A stretch of 64,000 bases of DNA from IMG/VR virus record IMGVR_UViG_3300028392_000053, positions 20,532-84,531 of that record, one strand, 5' to 3'. Source of the stretch: a virus. The notes below the pieces were generated by a model. The model saw nothing but the letters and a program-made list of their open reading frames with translations. It was not told where the DNA came from and did no database searches. Positions 29,114 to 38,431 of the stretch are shown one piece after another (position 1 is the stretch's first letter; every line of letters begins with the position of its first letter). A program made the position numbers and the translations under genes.

Positions 29114-29239
29114 ATGAAGATAACAATCAAGATACCAAAACCAGTTTGTCGTACTCCTATCAAACCTGCACAAAAACACAGGATTGAGACAAAGTACAAT
29201 CGTCAACCTAAGCACCGTCAAAAGGAAAATTATGCTTAA
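29114..29239 (+). CDS. 41-aa basic peptide, ArfA-like (tentative)
   Basis: Manual translation MKITIKIPKPVCRTPIKPAQKHRIETKYNRQPKHRQKENYA; GGAG RBS. Confidence 0.45.
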   Translation: MKITIKIPKPVCRTPIKPAQKHRIETKYNRQPKHRQKENYA

Positions 29240-29370
29240 TGAAAGAGAAGTCCAAAAAATCGCCGATAAGTTGGAAAAAATGAATTATGAAGAAGTTATG
29301 GAGACATTGATGCAGGTAAACCTTCTAGTTGCAGAAAAACAGAATAAAATCGTTTTTTTGGAGTGTGATT

Positions 29371-29694
29371 ATGTACACTGATACACAAAGACTCGCAAAA
29401 GCGATAATTCAAAGTGATCCTGAGTTGGCCAACGACATTTATTTTGCTTTAGATGAGGAATTAGTTGGAAAACGACAACCATGGGAACATCTAAGTGAAA
29501 TTGTGCATCAGTGGGTAAATCCTAAGCCAAAAACTTATGGTCCGATTCAAATTGAAGATGCGGATGACGATTCAGGAGACGGAATTCTGACTTTTCCTCC
29601 GGAATTAATCGAAGAAACCGGTTGGAAAGAAGGAGACACACTAAATCTTGAAGTTTCCGAAGCCGGAACGCTAATTATCACAAAAAAAGAGTAA
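29371..29694 (+). CDS. protein with C-terminal AbrB/MazE/SpoVT DNA-binding domain
   Basis: GDGILTFPPELIEETGWKEGDTLNLEV motif. Confidence 0.7.
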   Translation: MYTDTQRLAKAIIQSDPELANDIYFALDEELVGKRQPWEHLSEIVHQWVNPKPKTYGPIQIEDADDDSGDGILTFPPELIEETGWKEGDTLNLEVSEAGTLIITKKE

Positions 29695-29707
29695 TTTGTG
29701 ACAAATT

Positions 29708-29759
29708 TGTGACAAAAAAACAACAAAGCACTTGACATTTTCTGTGGCTGTGTTATAAT
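29708..29759 (+). promoter_or_regulatory. early promoter with degenerate TGTTG-N8-CAACA operator
   Basis: TGTGA-N8-CAACA, 6 bp gap, then TTGACA-N16-TATAAT. Confidence 0.75.
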
Positions 29760-29786
29760 ACATACTACAGACTCACAAGGAAACAC

Positions 29787-32000
29787 ATGTTAGTTGAATC
29801 AAAATCCAATCTTGCACGCCTCATGGCTACCGAAAACCTGATTGTCGAACAACGTCAGGTTCCGACAGCATTTTTCGATATTAAAAATCGTGTTTTGACA
29901 GTTCCTGTTCTAAACGGCAATCTTTCTAACGAAGTAATTGATCTTCTCCTTGGTCACGAAGTTGGACACGCACTGGAAACTCCAGAACAAGGTTGGCACG
30001 ATTCTATTGTTGACCTCAAAGTCAATCGTTCAATTCTTAACGTGTGTGAAGATGCACGTATCGAAAAGAAAATCAAACGTAAATTTCCTGGTATCCGTAT
30101 TTCCTTTGTCAAAGGTTATCGTGAACTGATGGAGATGGACTTCTTTGGCACCGAAGGTAAAAACCTCAATACAATGAATTTCATTGACCGAATCAACCTT
30201 TACACTAAAGGTGGTGCGGCTCAAGGTATCGATTTCAATTCCGAAGAATATTCTCTGGTGCGTGAAGTTGAAGATGCTGAAACATTTGAAGAAACTGTGG
30301 CAATTGCCATGAAAATTCAAAAGTTTATGAAAGAACAACCAGAAAAGCCAAAAACTCAACCGAAAAAAGATGAGAACTCACAAGGAAACGAAGAACCTGG
30401 TGAAGAACCTGGTGGAGAAGTTGGTGGTCGTATGAATTTCGATTTCAATGAACCTCAAGAACAAGCGGAAGGCGAATCGAAACCAAAAGAAGGTGATCCT
30501 AAAGAAGGTGACCTTACCGCAGGTTCTTCCAGTGAAGAAGAATTGGCCAAAGAAGAAAAAGAAGGTGAATCTCCACTTGAAACTGGTGGAACAGGTTCTG
30601 CCGGTTCAGACGATACTAAGATTGAATCAGAGACCGACAATGCTTTCCGTGAAAAAGAAAAACAACTGTATTCTGATGAAAAGCGGAAAGATGTTATGTA
30701 TTCTAACATTCCCGAAATCATTCCAGAAAATATCATTGTCGGTCACAAAACTTTGATTTCTGAAATTGAACGGTACAATTCAGAAACATTTCGTAACGAA
30801 TGGTTTTATCCAGAAAAAATGCGTCAGAATTTTAGCAAGTTTCGGAATGAATCAAACAAGGTTGTTTCTTACCTTGTCAAAGAATTTGAAATGCGTAAGA
30901 ATGCTGAACAGCAAACACGCGCACAAATCTCTAAGACTGGTGAACTCAACATGTCCAAAATCCATGAATACAAATTCACGGATGACATTTTCGCACGGAT
31001 GACAAAAGTACCAAATGGTAAATCCCACGGCTTGGTGATGTTCATTGATTGGTCTGGTTCCATGTGTGACCATATGAGTCCAACAGTGAAACAACTATTG
31101 AACCTTGTGATGTTCTGCAAGAAGGTTAATATTCCTTATGAAGTGTATGCATTTACAACAGGAACAATGTTAGATCGAGAATACAGGCAAACTCAAAAGT
31201 TGAAAGTTGGTGATTTGCTTGTCCATGACTTCTCGCTACTCAACATTCTTTCGCACAAGATGAGTGCAAATGAATTCACAAAGATGGCATCATTCCTGCT
31301 TGATTATGGTACTGGTCGCCGTGGTACTTGTACAAACATGGAACCTCCAAGTATTATGGAACTCGGTGGTACTCCACTCAACGAAGCAGTGATTGCCGCA
31401 TTCAAACTGATTCCCCAATTTAAAACAGATAACAAACTTCAAATTGTAAATACTGTGTTCCTGACTGATGGTGAAGGTTCTTCATTATCAGGTAGAATTG
31501 AAACCCTTGATGGTAAACGTTATGAAATCACGAATGCTGATGCTAACTGGAAAATGCGTTCTTTCTTCCGTGACACTGTGACTAAAGCATCGGTTGAAGT
31601 TACTGAATCTGGTTATGGTTATGGTGGGCGCGGTGTTTCTCAAACCACTGCACTCCTGAAACTATTGAAGCAACGCACGAATGCAAATGTTGTTGGTTTC
31701 TATGTTGCAAAGGTTCGTGATATTCGTAATGCACTGACACTCTATACACCAAAAGATGAACAAGTAAAAACTGAAAGGCTTGTGGCAGAGTTCCGCAAAA
31801 ATAACTTTACGTATCTAAATAACGTTGGATACGATGAATATTACTTCCTCCGTTCCGATAAACTGGACACCGATGAAGATGATGAATTCGAAGTTTCTTC
31901 AACAACGACACGTGGGCTTGTCTCCGCTTTTTCTAAGTACACAAGCAACCGTGTTTCTAATCGTATCGTGTTGAATCGCTTCATTAACTTAATTGCATGA
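29787..32000 (+). CDS. CobT-like metallopeptidase-vWA protein
   Basis: HEVGH, NVCEDARIE, acidic linker, DWSGSM, GGTPLN and LTDGE motifs. Confidence 0.85.
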   Translation: MLVESKSNLARLMATENLIVEQRQVPTAFFDIKNRVLTVPVLNGNLSNEVIDLLLGHEVGHALETPEQGWHDSIVDLKVNRSILNVCEDARIEKKIKRKFPGIRISFVKGYRELMEMDFFGTEGKNLNTMNFIDRINLYTKGGAAQGIDFNSEEYSLVREVEDAETFEETVAIAMKIQKFMKEQPEKPKTQPKKDENSQGNEEPGEEPGGEVGGRMNFDFNEPQEQAEGESKPKEGDPKEGDLTAGSSSEEELAKEEKEGESPLETGGTGSAGSDDTKIESETDNAFREKEKQLYSDEKRKDVMYSNIPEIIPENIIVGHKTLISEIERYNSETFRNEWFYPEKMRQNFSKFRNESNKVVSYLVKEFEMRKNAEQQTRAQISKTGELNMSKIHEYKFTDDIFARMTKVPNGKSHGLVMFIDWSGSMCDHMSPTVKQLLNLVMFCKKVNIPYEVYAFTTGTMLDREYRQTQKLKVGDLLVHDFSLLNILSHKMSANEFTKMASFLLDYGTGRRGTCTNMEPPSIMELGGTPLNEAVIAAFKLIPQFKTDNKLQIVNTVFLTDGEGSSLSGRIETLDGKRYEITNADANWKMRSFFRDTVTKASVEVTESGYGYGGRGVSQTTALLKLLKQRTNANVVGFYVAKVRDIRNALTLYTPKDEQVKTERLVAEFRKNNFTYLNNVGYDEYYFLRSDKLDTDEDDEFEVSSTTTRGLVSAFSKYTSNRVSNRIVLNRFINLIA

Positions 32001-32001
32001 T

Positions 32002-32547
32002 ATGATTAAAATTATAGATGACGTACTCTCTCAAGGTTATATTGACGAACTCCTAGCATGGAACGATGGAACAAAGGCATCTGATGTTTGGGCTTCAAAC
32101 CAGACAAAATGGATTGATGTTCTTAAATATGCTACGACTGGTACAATACTTTCGAGGGCGCTTCCGGACGAATGGAAGAATCCAATTTATTATGATTTAG
32201 CGAATCGTGGAAAGTTGGATTATCTTCCATACTCATCTTCGGCCATTCTCTATATGGGTTTCTCCACTTCTTGTGTAAATTGGCATCCAGACTATCCTGA
32301 TTATGATGCAATGTCAATTTACCTCAACAAAGAATGGGATTCAAATTGGGGTGGTTGGTTTGCATGGACAGAAGAAGATAAGGGTGTAGATTCGCCGAAT
32401 ATCAATCCAAAACGAGGACAGTTCTACTCTCCACAATACAATACAGCCGTGTACTCAACAGAGAGGGAATGGCATTGTACGACTCCAATTGCTACTACAG
32501 CACCACCTAGAATTTCTATTCAACTATTCTTCTCAAAGAAGCCATGA
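32002..32547 (+). CDS. 2OG-Fe(II) oxygenase
   Basis: WHPD, IYLNKEWDSNWGG, WHCTTP and RISIQLF motifs. Confidence 0.8.
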   Translation: MIKIIDDVLSQGYIDELLAWNDGTKASDVWASNQTKWIDVLKYATTGTILSRALPDEWKNPIYYDLANRGKLDYLPYSSSAILYMGFSTSCVNWHPDYPDYDAMSIYLNKEWDSNWGGWFAWTEEDKGVDSPNINPKRGQFYSPQYNTAVYSTEREWHCTTPIATTAPPRISIQLFFSKKP

Positions 32548-32939
32548 CTTTACGAAAAAAAAAATTTAAGGCGGCTCTGATAAAGTATAAACATGTGGGT
32601 GTCGAGGGTGAAGTTTGGTTCTGGATTAATCCAAGTTCTGGAACAAAACTATCACCACAGTTTACGACACATTCCGAAGCTGAGTATTGGTTTGATTCTG
32701 TGATAGCCATACACAATGAGACTTATGATTTTTTAGACCGAATCAAAAACGGAAAGTTTTACACACTAAAAGGTAGAATTGATGTTGGTGATGTAATCTC
32801 TTCCAAAAAAGCGAACGAATGCCCCTTTACAATGCACCTGAATGATGATATACTTGAGTTAGAGGTCCTCTCTACCTCCTTTGAAAATGCAAAGGAACGA
32901 GCAGAGGAGTATTTTGAAATTTTAGAATGGATAGAATGA
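32544..32939 (+). CDS. hypothetical protein
   Basis: ORF overlapping the upstream stop codon (ATGA). Confidence 0.55.
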   Translation: MTLRKKKFKAALIKYKHVGVEGEVWFWINPSSGTKLSPQFTTHSEAEYWFDSVIAIHNETYDFLDRIKNGKFYTLKGRIDVGDVISSKKANECPFTMHLNDDILELEVLSTSFENAKERAEEYFEILEWIE

Positions 32940-33136
32940 TGAAAACATATACGATACTTATCTACCTTGCATTTGTTATAGCCGCAATTACCCTCGGACC
33001 TCTTGCAACAATTTGGTCAATCAACACACTTTTCACACTCACGATTCCGTACACACTTGAAACATGGGGAGCAGTAGTATGGCTCACAATGGTAACATTC
33101 GGTAACGTGGTATCAACAATCAGGTCCAAAAAATGA
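32936..33136 (+). CDS. small membrane protein
   Basis: GPLATIWSINTLF..IPYT..TW hydrophobic motif. Confidence 0.55.
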   Translation: MMKTYTILIYLAFVIAAITLGPLATIWSINTLFTLTIPYTLETWGAVVWLTMVTFGNVVSTIRSKK

Positions 33137-33390
33137 TTTCAGAAAAAACTATAGGAATAGCGAATAGAGCAAGAGACTATCTGAAAGAAAACGTAATCTA
33201 TACCTCAGAGGAAGTAGAGTATGGTTACACACAAAAGGTAATTGAAATCGCTCTTGAGGAAGCTATCGAAGCCGTAAATAGGGCTAACCTAAAGGATCGA
33301 ACATTTACAACATATGATGAGAGTATGATGAATTTCTGTAGAGAGAGAGTAAAGAAAGAAATCGAAGGAATTATCGGAGAACAGAAATGA
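33133..33390 (+). CDS. hypothetical protein
   Basis: Translationally coupled ORF. Confidence 0.55.
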   Translation: MISEKTIGIANRARDYLKENVIYTSEEVEYGYTQKVIEIALEEAIEAVNRANLKDRTFTTYDESMMNFCRERVKKEIEGIIGEQK

Positions 33391-33626
33391 ACCTAGCTGA
33401 TTACTTTAGAGATAACCGATACAAACCGACATTCGAAATGGGTGAAAGAGTATTCGGAAAGAAAGAAGGTATACCCTTCATTGGAACGGTAGGGAACGAC
33501 ACCGAAATCTCTAAGGAAGAAGGACCAAGAGTATCGATACACCTCGACCTTCCATTCCCAAAGAACAAGAGTTCTATATTGGTAGTGAAGCCAGAGGTAC
33601 TCAAGAGACTGAAAAGCTATGACTAA
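33387..33626 (+). CDS. hypothetical SH3-like protein
   Basis: GERVFG...IPFIGTVGND motif; coupled ORF. Confidence 0.55.
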   Translation: MNLADYFRDNRYKPTFEMGERVFGKKEGIPFIGTVGNDTEISKEEGPRVSIHLDLPFPKNKSSILVVKPEVLKRLKSYD

Positions 33627-33828
33627 ACGCTGGAGTATCTCCTTCCCTGGAGAGTTTGACCAAGATGTGGTGGAGACATGGACAGAGGAACAAATCCTGA
33701 AGTCCTACTACACGTATTGGTCAACTAAGATGATTCAGGTGGGAAAGGGTGACGATATTTCAAAAGAACGTTGTATCGAAGACTGGTGCATAGTCCACTG
33801 GGCATGGGAAAATTTCGAAAAAGTGTAG
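33619..33828 (+). CDS. hypothetical protein
   Basis: YYTYW...CIEDWCIVHWAW motif. Confidence 0.55.
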   Translation: MTKRWSISFPGEFDQDVVETWTEEQILKSYYTYWSTKMIQVGKGDDISKERCIEDWCIVHWAWENFEKV

Positions 33829-33988
33829 TGGGGTCCGGAGAAAATTCCAGCTGGGAAGAAAACTCGAAAATGTGCTTCCGGCCCCAGAAAATAAAAATGG
33901 GAAGAAAAGAGTTTGGGCCATAGCACAACATTACTTACACTATGATACCTTTAAGGGCACTGCCCCTGGACCTTTAAGGCGTGAGCAC

Positions 33989-34015
33989 AAAAAAAGAGGT
34001 GCCAAAGCACCCCCT
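33989..34015 (-). terminator. rho-independent terminator for the leftward early operon
   Basis: On the - strand GGGGTGC-TTTG-GCACCTC followed by a T-tract. Confidence 0.75.
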
Positions 34016-34035
34016 AAACCACTGCCACCTAACCT

Positions 34036-34140
34036 TTAGCCTACCACGCGCCACACCCACAGGTCCAGCGCCACCACCACCAAGCCTAACACCAGCACCA
34101 CCTGGAATGCCAGGTTCTCCCACTTATTTTCTGAAAACAT
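34036..34140 (-). CDS. 34-aa membrane peptide
   Basis: Manual translation MFSENKWENLAFQVVLVLGLVVVALDLWVWRVVG; AAGGA RBS. Confidence 0.55.
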   Translation of the reverse strand: MFSENKWENLAFQVVLVLGLVVVALDLWVWRVVG

Positions 34141-34154
34141 AATAATTCCTTTAT

Positions 34155-34385
34155 TTAAACCGAATGGCCACGGGCATCCATCATTTCCGAGAGGATGAAT
34201 TTAGCCACGTTCAATTGCTTCCGCATCGCCTCATTGTGGCCCATAGCCTGTAGTTCCTGACAATCGGACAGGATGCCCATGACCACCATCTCCAAACCAG
34301 AGAATTTAGCGGTGATGGAGCCCATGTACTGGTCACGGATGTCGGCTTGGCTCATGCCATAGCACTTGGTTTCGAATTCTGTCAT
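34155..34385 (-). CDS. hypothetical early protein
   Basis: MTEFETKCYGMS start after AAGGA RBS and its own promoter. Confidence 0.65.
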   Translation of the reverse strand: MTEFETKCYGMSQADIRDQYMGSITAKFSGLEMVVMGILSDCQELQAMGHNEAMRKQLNVAKFILSEMMDARGHSV

Positions 34386-34415
34386 TTTGGTTCCTTTTCT
34401 TAACAACATGGTTGG

Positions 34416-34444
34416 ATTATGGCGGAAGGGCATGGTTTTGGCAA
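34416..34444 (-). promoter_or_regulatory. early promoter
   Basis: TTGCCA-N17-CATAAT on the - strand. Confidence 0.7.
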
Positions 34445-34476
34445 CCATGCATGGAATACACCACCGGACTGTAAGG

Positions 34477-34698
34477 TCAATCCAGGAGCACCATGTAAGC
34501 CTTGGCATAGTGGCGCCTGAACCAATCCAGCCCCTTTTGCATTCTCTTATAATCACCGACCATTTGGCAACCCATAATGGTATCGTATACCGCCACTGCC
34601 TCTGGAGATAATGTAATGGATTCTCCTGAGAATGGATTGGTTACCACCTCATTCTCGGTTCCAACCATGCATTCGAATGGTAATTTGATTTTGGACAT
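34477..34698 (-). CDS. hypothetical early protein
   Basis: NPFSGESITLSPEAVAVYDTIMG...GLDWFR...AYMVLLD; AAGGA RBS. Confidence 0.7.
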   Translation of the reverse strand: MSKIKLPFECMVGTENEVVTNPFSGESITLSPEAVAVYDTIMGCQMVGDYKRMQKGLDWFRRHYAKAYMVLLD

Positions 34699-34714
34699 AA
34701 TGTTTCCTTTCAGT

Positions 34715-35464
34715 TTAAACGGATGCCATCATAATGGCGGGATACTTTACAAAGCCAGTATTATCTTTTTTGGCTTTACCTTTGGCATATAAACCAACAA
34801 CCACATTCGAAGGATCAAGGAAGCGGAGGTCCGATTCGTCACCATTGAATACTGGCATATTGAGATAATCGGCAGGCATTGGGAGGGTTTTCTTAATACC
34901 AAACACCACTGCCACGTTATAACCCTGGAGAATGGCATTCGAAACGTCCGAATCATTACCATCGGCTGCCGAAAATGTCAGGTGATAATTAGGATAATCC
35001 TTGATTTTACGTCCGAGAATCTTGGTATAATCATAGAATTGTAATTCAGGGAATGCCATGAAAATGTTTTTATATTCCACACCATTACGGATAGCGGCAT
35101 ACTTTTCAAAGGAAAGGTCGGAAGTACCATTCAGGCGAATAACTGGAATCATGGAGATTTTCTCCGATTGTTTAATCGCCAATTCAATATCCTTTACCAA
35201 CAAAGCCATAAAGGTTTCGCGGTTATTGAAAAACAATTGGGTTTTGCGGATACGCGCCTTTTGAATGACGTTGGTATTCTCGCCTTTTTTGAACATACCA
35301 CCACGTCCTGCGGTATTGAGGCAAGCGGCCGTGCAACCAGCGGTTGCCTTAGGGCAGGTATTGAAACCGGAGAGGGAGGCTGGTGCAAGGTGCAGGATGT
35401 AAGTATTGAAACCGCGAACCATGCCTTTGAGGACCTTAGGATTGCCAGTGGAGAGTAAATTCAT
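34715..35464 (-). CDS. phage Gp88-like protein (radical-SAM-like Cys motif)
   Basis: CPKATAGCTAACL, IRLNGTSD, FYDYTK, NYHLTFS and GDESDLRFLD motifs. Confidence 0.8.
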   Translation of the reverse strand: MNLLSTGNPKVLKGMVRGFNTYILHLAPASLSGFNTCPKATAGCTAACLNTAGRGGMFKKGENTNVIQKARIRKTQLFFNNRETFMALLVKDIELAIKQSEKISMIPVIRLNGTSDLSFEKYAAIRNGVEYKNIFMAFPELQFYDYTKILGRKIKDYPNYHLTFSAADGNDSDVSNAILQGYNVAVVFGIKKTLPMPADYLNMPVFNGDESDLRFLDPSNVVVGLYAKGKAKKDNTGFVKYPAIMMASV

Positions 35465-35494
35465 TTTTTGACCTTTGTTTGATTGTATGAGTGT

Positions 35495-35597
35495 ATTATA
35501 CCACAATTGGAGAGAATGGCAACCATCCTCGGAATAGTTGACCGGCTGGCTGGGTATTGGAGTGGGGGCTTGCCTTCCCTGCTGGTTGTGGTATAAT
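35495..35597. promoter_or_regulatory. divergent early promoter pair around a shared palindromic operator
   Basis: - strand TTGCCA-N16-TATAAT (35495-35522); + strand TTGCCT-N16-TATAAT (35570-35597); AATAGTTGACC...GGGTATT between them. Confidence 0.75.
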
Positions 35598-35689
35598 TGA
35601 TCCTATGATTCGAAGCAAAGGCGGGGTGGACGTGGAGGCTGGGCACCATAATAATACACCATCCCTCCGGTCGACTATTATTTCAATGG

Positions 35690-35717
35690 TTGCCAAACCT
35701 GCTGGAACCTGTAGAAT
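35690..35717 (+). promoter_or_regulatory. early promoter
   Basis: TTGCCA-N16-TAGAAT preceded by CCGGTCGACTATT. Confidence 0.7.
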
Positions 35718-35724
35718 CCAACCC

Positions 35725-35937
35725 ATGATAAACACAAAAACCTACACCGCCGAATACCACGATAAAACCATGGACTTCCGTGTGGTCCGCTGGACACCAA
35801 TGGTTGACGGTATCCGCATGGGTACCAATGTTGACCGATTCGACACCGAACAGGAAGCCATGGAAGTGTCTCGAATCCTGAACCAAGCCGAGGACCTGAG
35901 CCTGTACCTGGACCAGTCCTGCGAATTTGATACCTGA
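35725..35937 (+). CDS. hypothetical early protein (probably leaderless)
   Basis: ATG follows the -10 box after a 7-bp gap; no RBS. Confidence 0.6.
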   Translation: MINTKTYTAEYHDKTMDFRVVRWTPMVDGIRMGTNVDRFDTEQEAMEVSRILNQAEDLSLYLDQSCEFDT

Positions 35938-35965
35938 CCGGATTGGTCAAGTATTATTCGAATGG

Positions 35966-35993
35966 TTGCCAAACCTGCTGGTTATGCTATAAT
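35966..35993 (+). promoter_or_regulatory. early promoter
   Basis: TTGCCA-N16-TATAAT preceded by ATACCTGACC-GGATT-GGTCAAGTAT. Confidence 0.75.
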
Positions 35994-36019
35994 TCACCCA
36001 TATTTTGAAAGGACACCCA

Positions 36020-36205
36020 ATGAAATTTATGACCTTCCCCCAAGCCATGGAAATTGTCTCCCAATTCGGCTATGCTAATAAGTGCGAATCCTTATTGGTC
36101 GCCATTTCCGATATGGAAGACAATTGGGACAATTTATCGTTGGATGAAATTGCCGCCTATAACGTGATTATATCGGAATATGATATGATTGCGGAATTGG
36201 CTTAA
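36020..36205 (+). CDS. hypothetical acidic early protein
   Basis: AAGGA RBS and its own promoter. Confidence 0.6.
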   Translation: MKFMTFPQAMEIVSQFGYANKCESLLVAISDMEDNWDNLSLDEIAAYNVIISEYDMIAELA

Positions 36206-36229
36206 CCCAGTAAATCGGTCAAGTATTGG

Positions 36230-36257
36230 TTGCCAAACCTACCGAAACCTGTATAAT
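36230..36257 (+). promoter_or_regulatory. early promoter
   Basis: TTGCCA-N16-TATAAT preceded by GGTCAAGTATT. Confidence 0.75.
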
Positions 36258-36289
36258 TAGACCCATATTGTAAAAGAAAAGGAAAGAAA

Positions 36290-36559
36290 ATGTCCCGATT
36301 GATAACCGAAACCGAAGCCTTGGAAATGTTTAATGAAATGCTGGACGATTGTGAGGGTCCGGTTGAACTCTGCGGAATGACCTATTCGGCATCCAACGTC
36401 CTGCGCGAAATTGATCCGGTAGCATACCGTTGCGGTTTTAATGATTATGTTGATTCCTTAACCGATGATGACATTTTCGTGGAAGGACTCACCGAGTCCG
36501 AGGATGATGGTCAACCGGATGAAGCCCAAGAATGGGAGTCCTTTGATCCTGATTGTTGA
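36290..36559 (+). CDS. hypothetical highly acidic early protein
   Basis: LREIDPVAYRCGFNDY and DGQPDEAQEWESFDPDC motifs; RBS. Confidence 0.7.
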   Translation: MSRLITETEALEMFNEMLDDCEGPVELCGMTYSASNVLREIDPVAYRCGFNDYVDSLTDDDIFVEGLTESEDDGQPDEAQEWESFDPDC

Positions 36560-36938
36560 CCAGTCCGGTCGAGTATTGGTTGCCAGACCATTCAAAATCT
36601 GGTATAATGGTTTTTTAAATTGAAAAGGTATATTATGACAGTTAAGACAGACACCCAGGTGGCCTTGGTCGCCGCCCGTACGGCTTTGGCTCTAGCTAAG
36701 GTCTCCGTTAAGGAATTGGTCGAAGCCGTGAAGGTCGAAAAGGAAAAGGCTCTACAGGCTAAGGTGACCGCTAAGGAAGCAAAGCGCCAGACCGCTATCC
36801 GCAAGGCTCAAGCCACACTGGCTCGGCTCCTTGATAAAAACAATCCAGTAGGTGTGAAGGCTCGCAAAGCCGCACGGAAACCTGGTCCTGTGATTGTGAC
36901 AAAAGGTTGACCAGTCCGGTCGAGTATTGGTTGCCAGA
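36555..36938 (+). repeat. 33-bp exact direct repeat (operator plus -35 box) flanking one gene
   Basis: GTTGACCAGTCCGGTCGAGTATTGGTTGCCAGA at 36555-36587 and 36906-36938; each followed by TATAAT (36603, 36954). Confidence 0.9.
36635..36910 (+). CDS. Ala/Lys-rich basic early protein
   Basis: Histone-like composition; own promoter and RBS. Confidence 0.6.
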   Translation: MTVKTDTQVALVAARTALALAKVSVKELVEAVKVEKEKALQAKVTAKEAKRQTAIRKAQATLARLLDKNNPVGVKARKAARKPGPVIVTKG

Positions 36939-37030
36939 ACCCGCAGGTTCTGGTATAATCGATACCATATTCAAGAGCACCTCTCCCGGTGGTGTTTTTC
37001 AACATGGTATTGCAAATTGAAAGGAAAATT

Positions 37031-37915
37031 ATGATTGAAGTGAAATTCATTAATGGTAAATACGTTGCCAACATCAACGGCAAGGTGGTGAAGCGTGCCA
37101 ATAAATCCCACATGGACTATGTGATCCGTAAAGCCACCGGTGGTGCATCCTCGCTGGCACCGTTGGCTCTCAAGGAGTCCCGTTTCACCATCAACCAGCG
37201 GTTCGGTTTTGTCTCGGACATGGTTTCCATGTTGGTGAAAGGTGACCAGTCCTCGGTGGTAGTGTCTGGTCCTGGTGGCCTCGGCAAGTCCCACACCGTC
37301 ACCAAGGCACTGAATGATGCCGGCATGCGTGATGTTACTCTCCTCGATGAATTCGAGGTAGGTGGTAAAATCAACACCTCAAAATCCTACCGCGTTATCA
37401 AGGGTTATTCTACACCTAAGGGCCTGTACCGTACACTGTATGAAAACAAGGACGGCGTGGTTGTGTTCGATGATTGCGACTCGGTGCTAAAAGATCCGGT
37501 CTCCCTGAACCTGCTTAAAGGTGCTCTCGATTCCTACTCTCGCCGTGTTATCTCATGGCGTGCGGATATGCGTGATGAGGAACTACCACAATCCTTTGAA
37601 TTCAAGGGTCGCGTGGTGTTTATCTCCAATATCTCCTCTGATTCGATGGACCAAGCCATCATCACCCGTTCGATGGCGGTTGACCTGACAATGACAACCG
37701 AGCAAAAGGTCGAGCGTATGCGCCACCTGGTGTCCCTCCCAGAGTTTATGCCTGATTATTCAAAGACAGAAAAGTCCGAGGCTCTGGACCTGATTGACAA
37801 CCTCCAAGATGAGGTGAAAGAACTTTCTCTCCGTACACTGATCCAGACTACCAAGATTCGTAAGTCTGCCGGTGCAAAGTGGAAAGACCTTGCAGAATAT
37901 ACCATCTGCGGTTAA
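37031..37915 (+). CDS. AAA+ ATPase
   Basis: GPGGLGKS Walker A, VFDDCD Walker B, LLKGALDS and FISN motifs. Confidence 0.8.
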   Translation: MIEVKFINGKYVANINGKVVKRANKSHMDYVIRKATGGASSLAPLALKESRFTINQRFGFVSDMVSMLVKGDQSSVVVSGPGGLGKSHTVTKALNDAGMRDVTLLDEFEVGGKINTSKSYRVIKGYSTPKGLYRTLYENKDGVVVFDDCDSVLKDPVSLNLLKGALDSYSRRVISWRADMRDEELPQSFEFKGRVVFISNISSDSMDQAIITRSMAVDLTMTTEQKVERMRHLVSLPEFMPDYSKTEKSEALDLIDNLQDEVKELSLRTLIQTTKIRKSAGAKWKDLAEYTICG

Positions 37916-38034
37916 TAGGAGAAAATTATGGACATTCGTTGGACTTATATGATTAATTGGTTAAAGGACCGCACCCACGTTCTGCCGGTCATTCCAGTTA
38001 AACGCACTCACATATACAAAATAAAGGTGAAATA

Positions 38035-38217
38035 ATGAGAACAAAATCCAATGAGATGGCATCGACCATTTCCCACTCTGAGGATTGCATCCTCGAGGTG
38101 CAACACCGGCTGGAAAAACAAAACAATCCACACAATGAAAACCTGCTGGCAGCCATCCAACAGGCGCTGGACATCCTTGCTGACGTTTATTATGACCTAA
38201 GGGAAGACAATGAGTAA
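38035..38217 (+). CDS. hypothetical protein
   Basis: AAGGTG RBS; overlaps the next ORF. Confidence 0.5.
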   Translation: MRTKSNEMASTISHSEDCILEVQHRLEKQNNPHNENLLAAIQQALDILADVYYDLREDNE

Positions 38218-38431
38218 ATTTAAAAACCTGATAATCGATGTTGAATCCTGCATTACCAATGGCGATGCATTCGAGGACATTATTGCATTCGTGAGACACA
38301 CCACTGGTTGTGATGAAAAGACAGCCACCGACCTGGTGTTCCAGGTGGAGGGTCAACTATGCACTGAGGAAGAACAGGACTATTGGATAACAGGAGAACC
38401 TATTCCGAATGAAAATGAATTGATGTTGTAA
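38210..38431 (+). CDS. hypothetical protein
   Basis: MSKFKNLIIDVE start with RBS. Confidence 0.55.
   Translation: MSKFKNLIIDVESCITNGDAFEDIIAFVRHTTGCDEKTATDLVFQVEGQLCTEEEQDYWITGEPIPNENELML

Noticed and set aside
35530-36960. CRISPR array or integron attC array
   Set aside because: Repeats are mostly separated by 200-350 bp genes, contain -35/-10 boxes and lack attC core sites; no cas genes or integrase nearby
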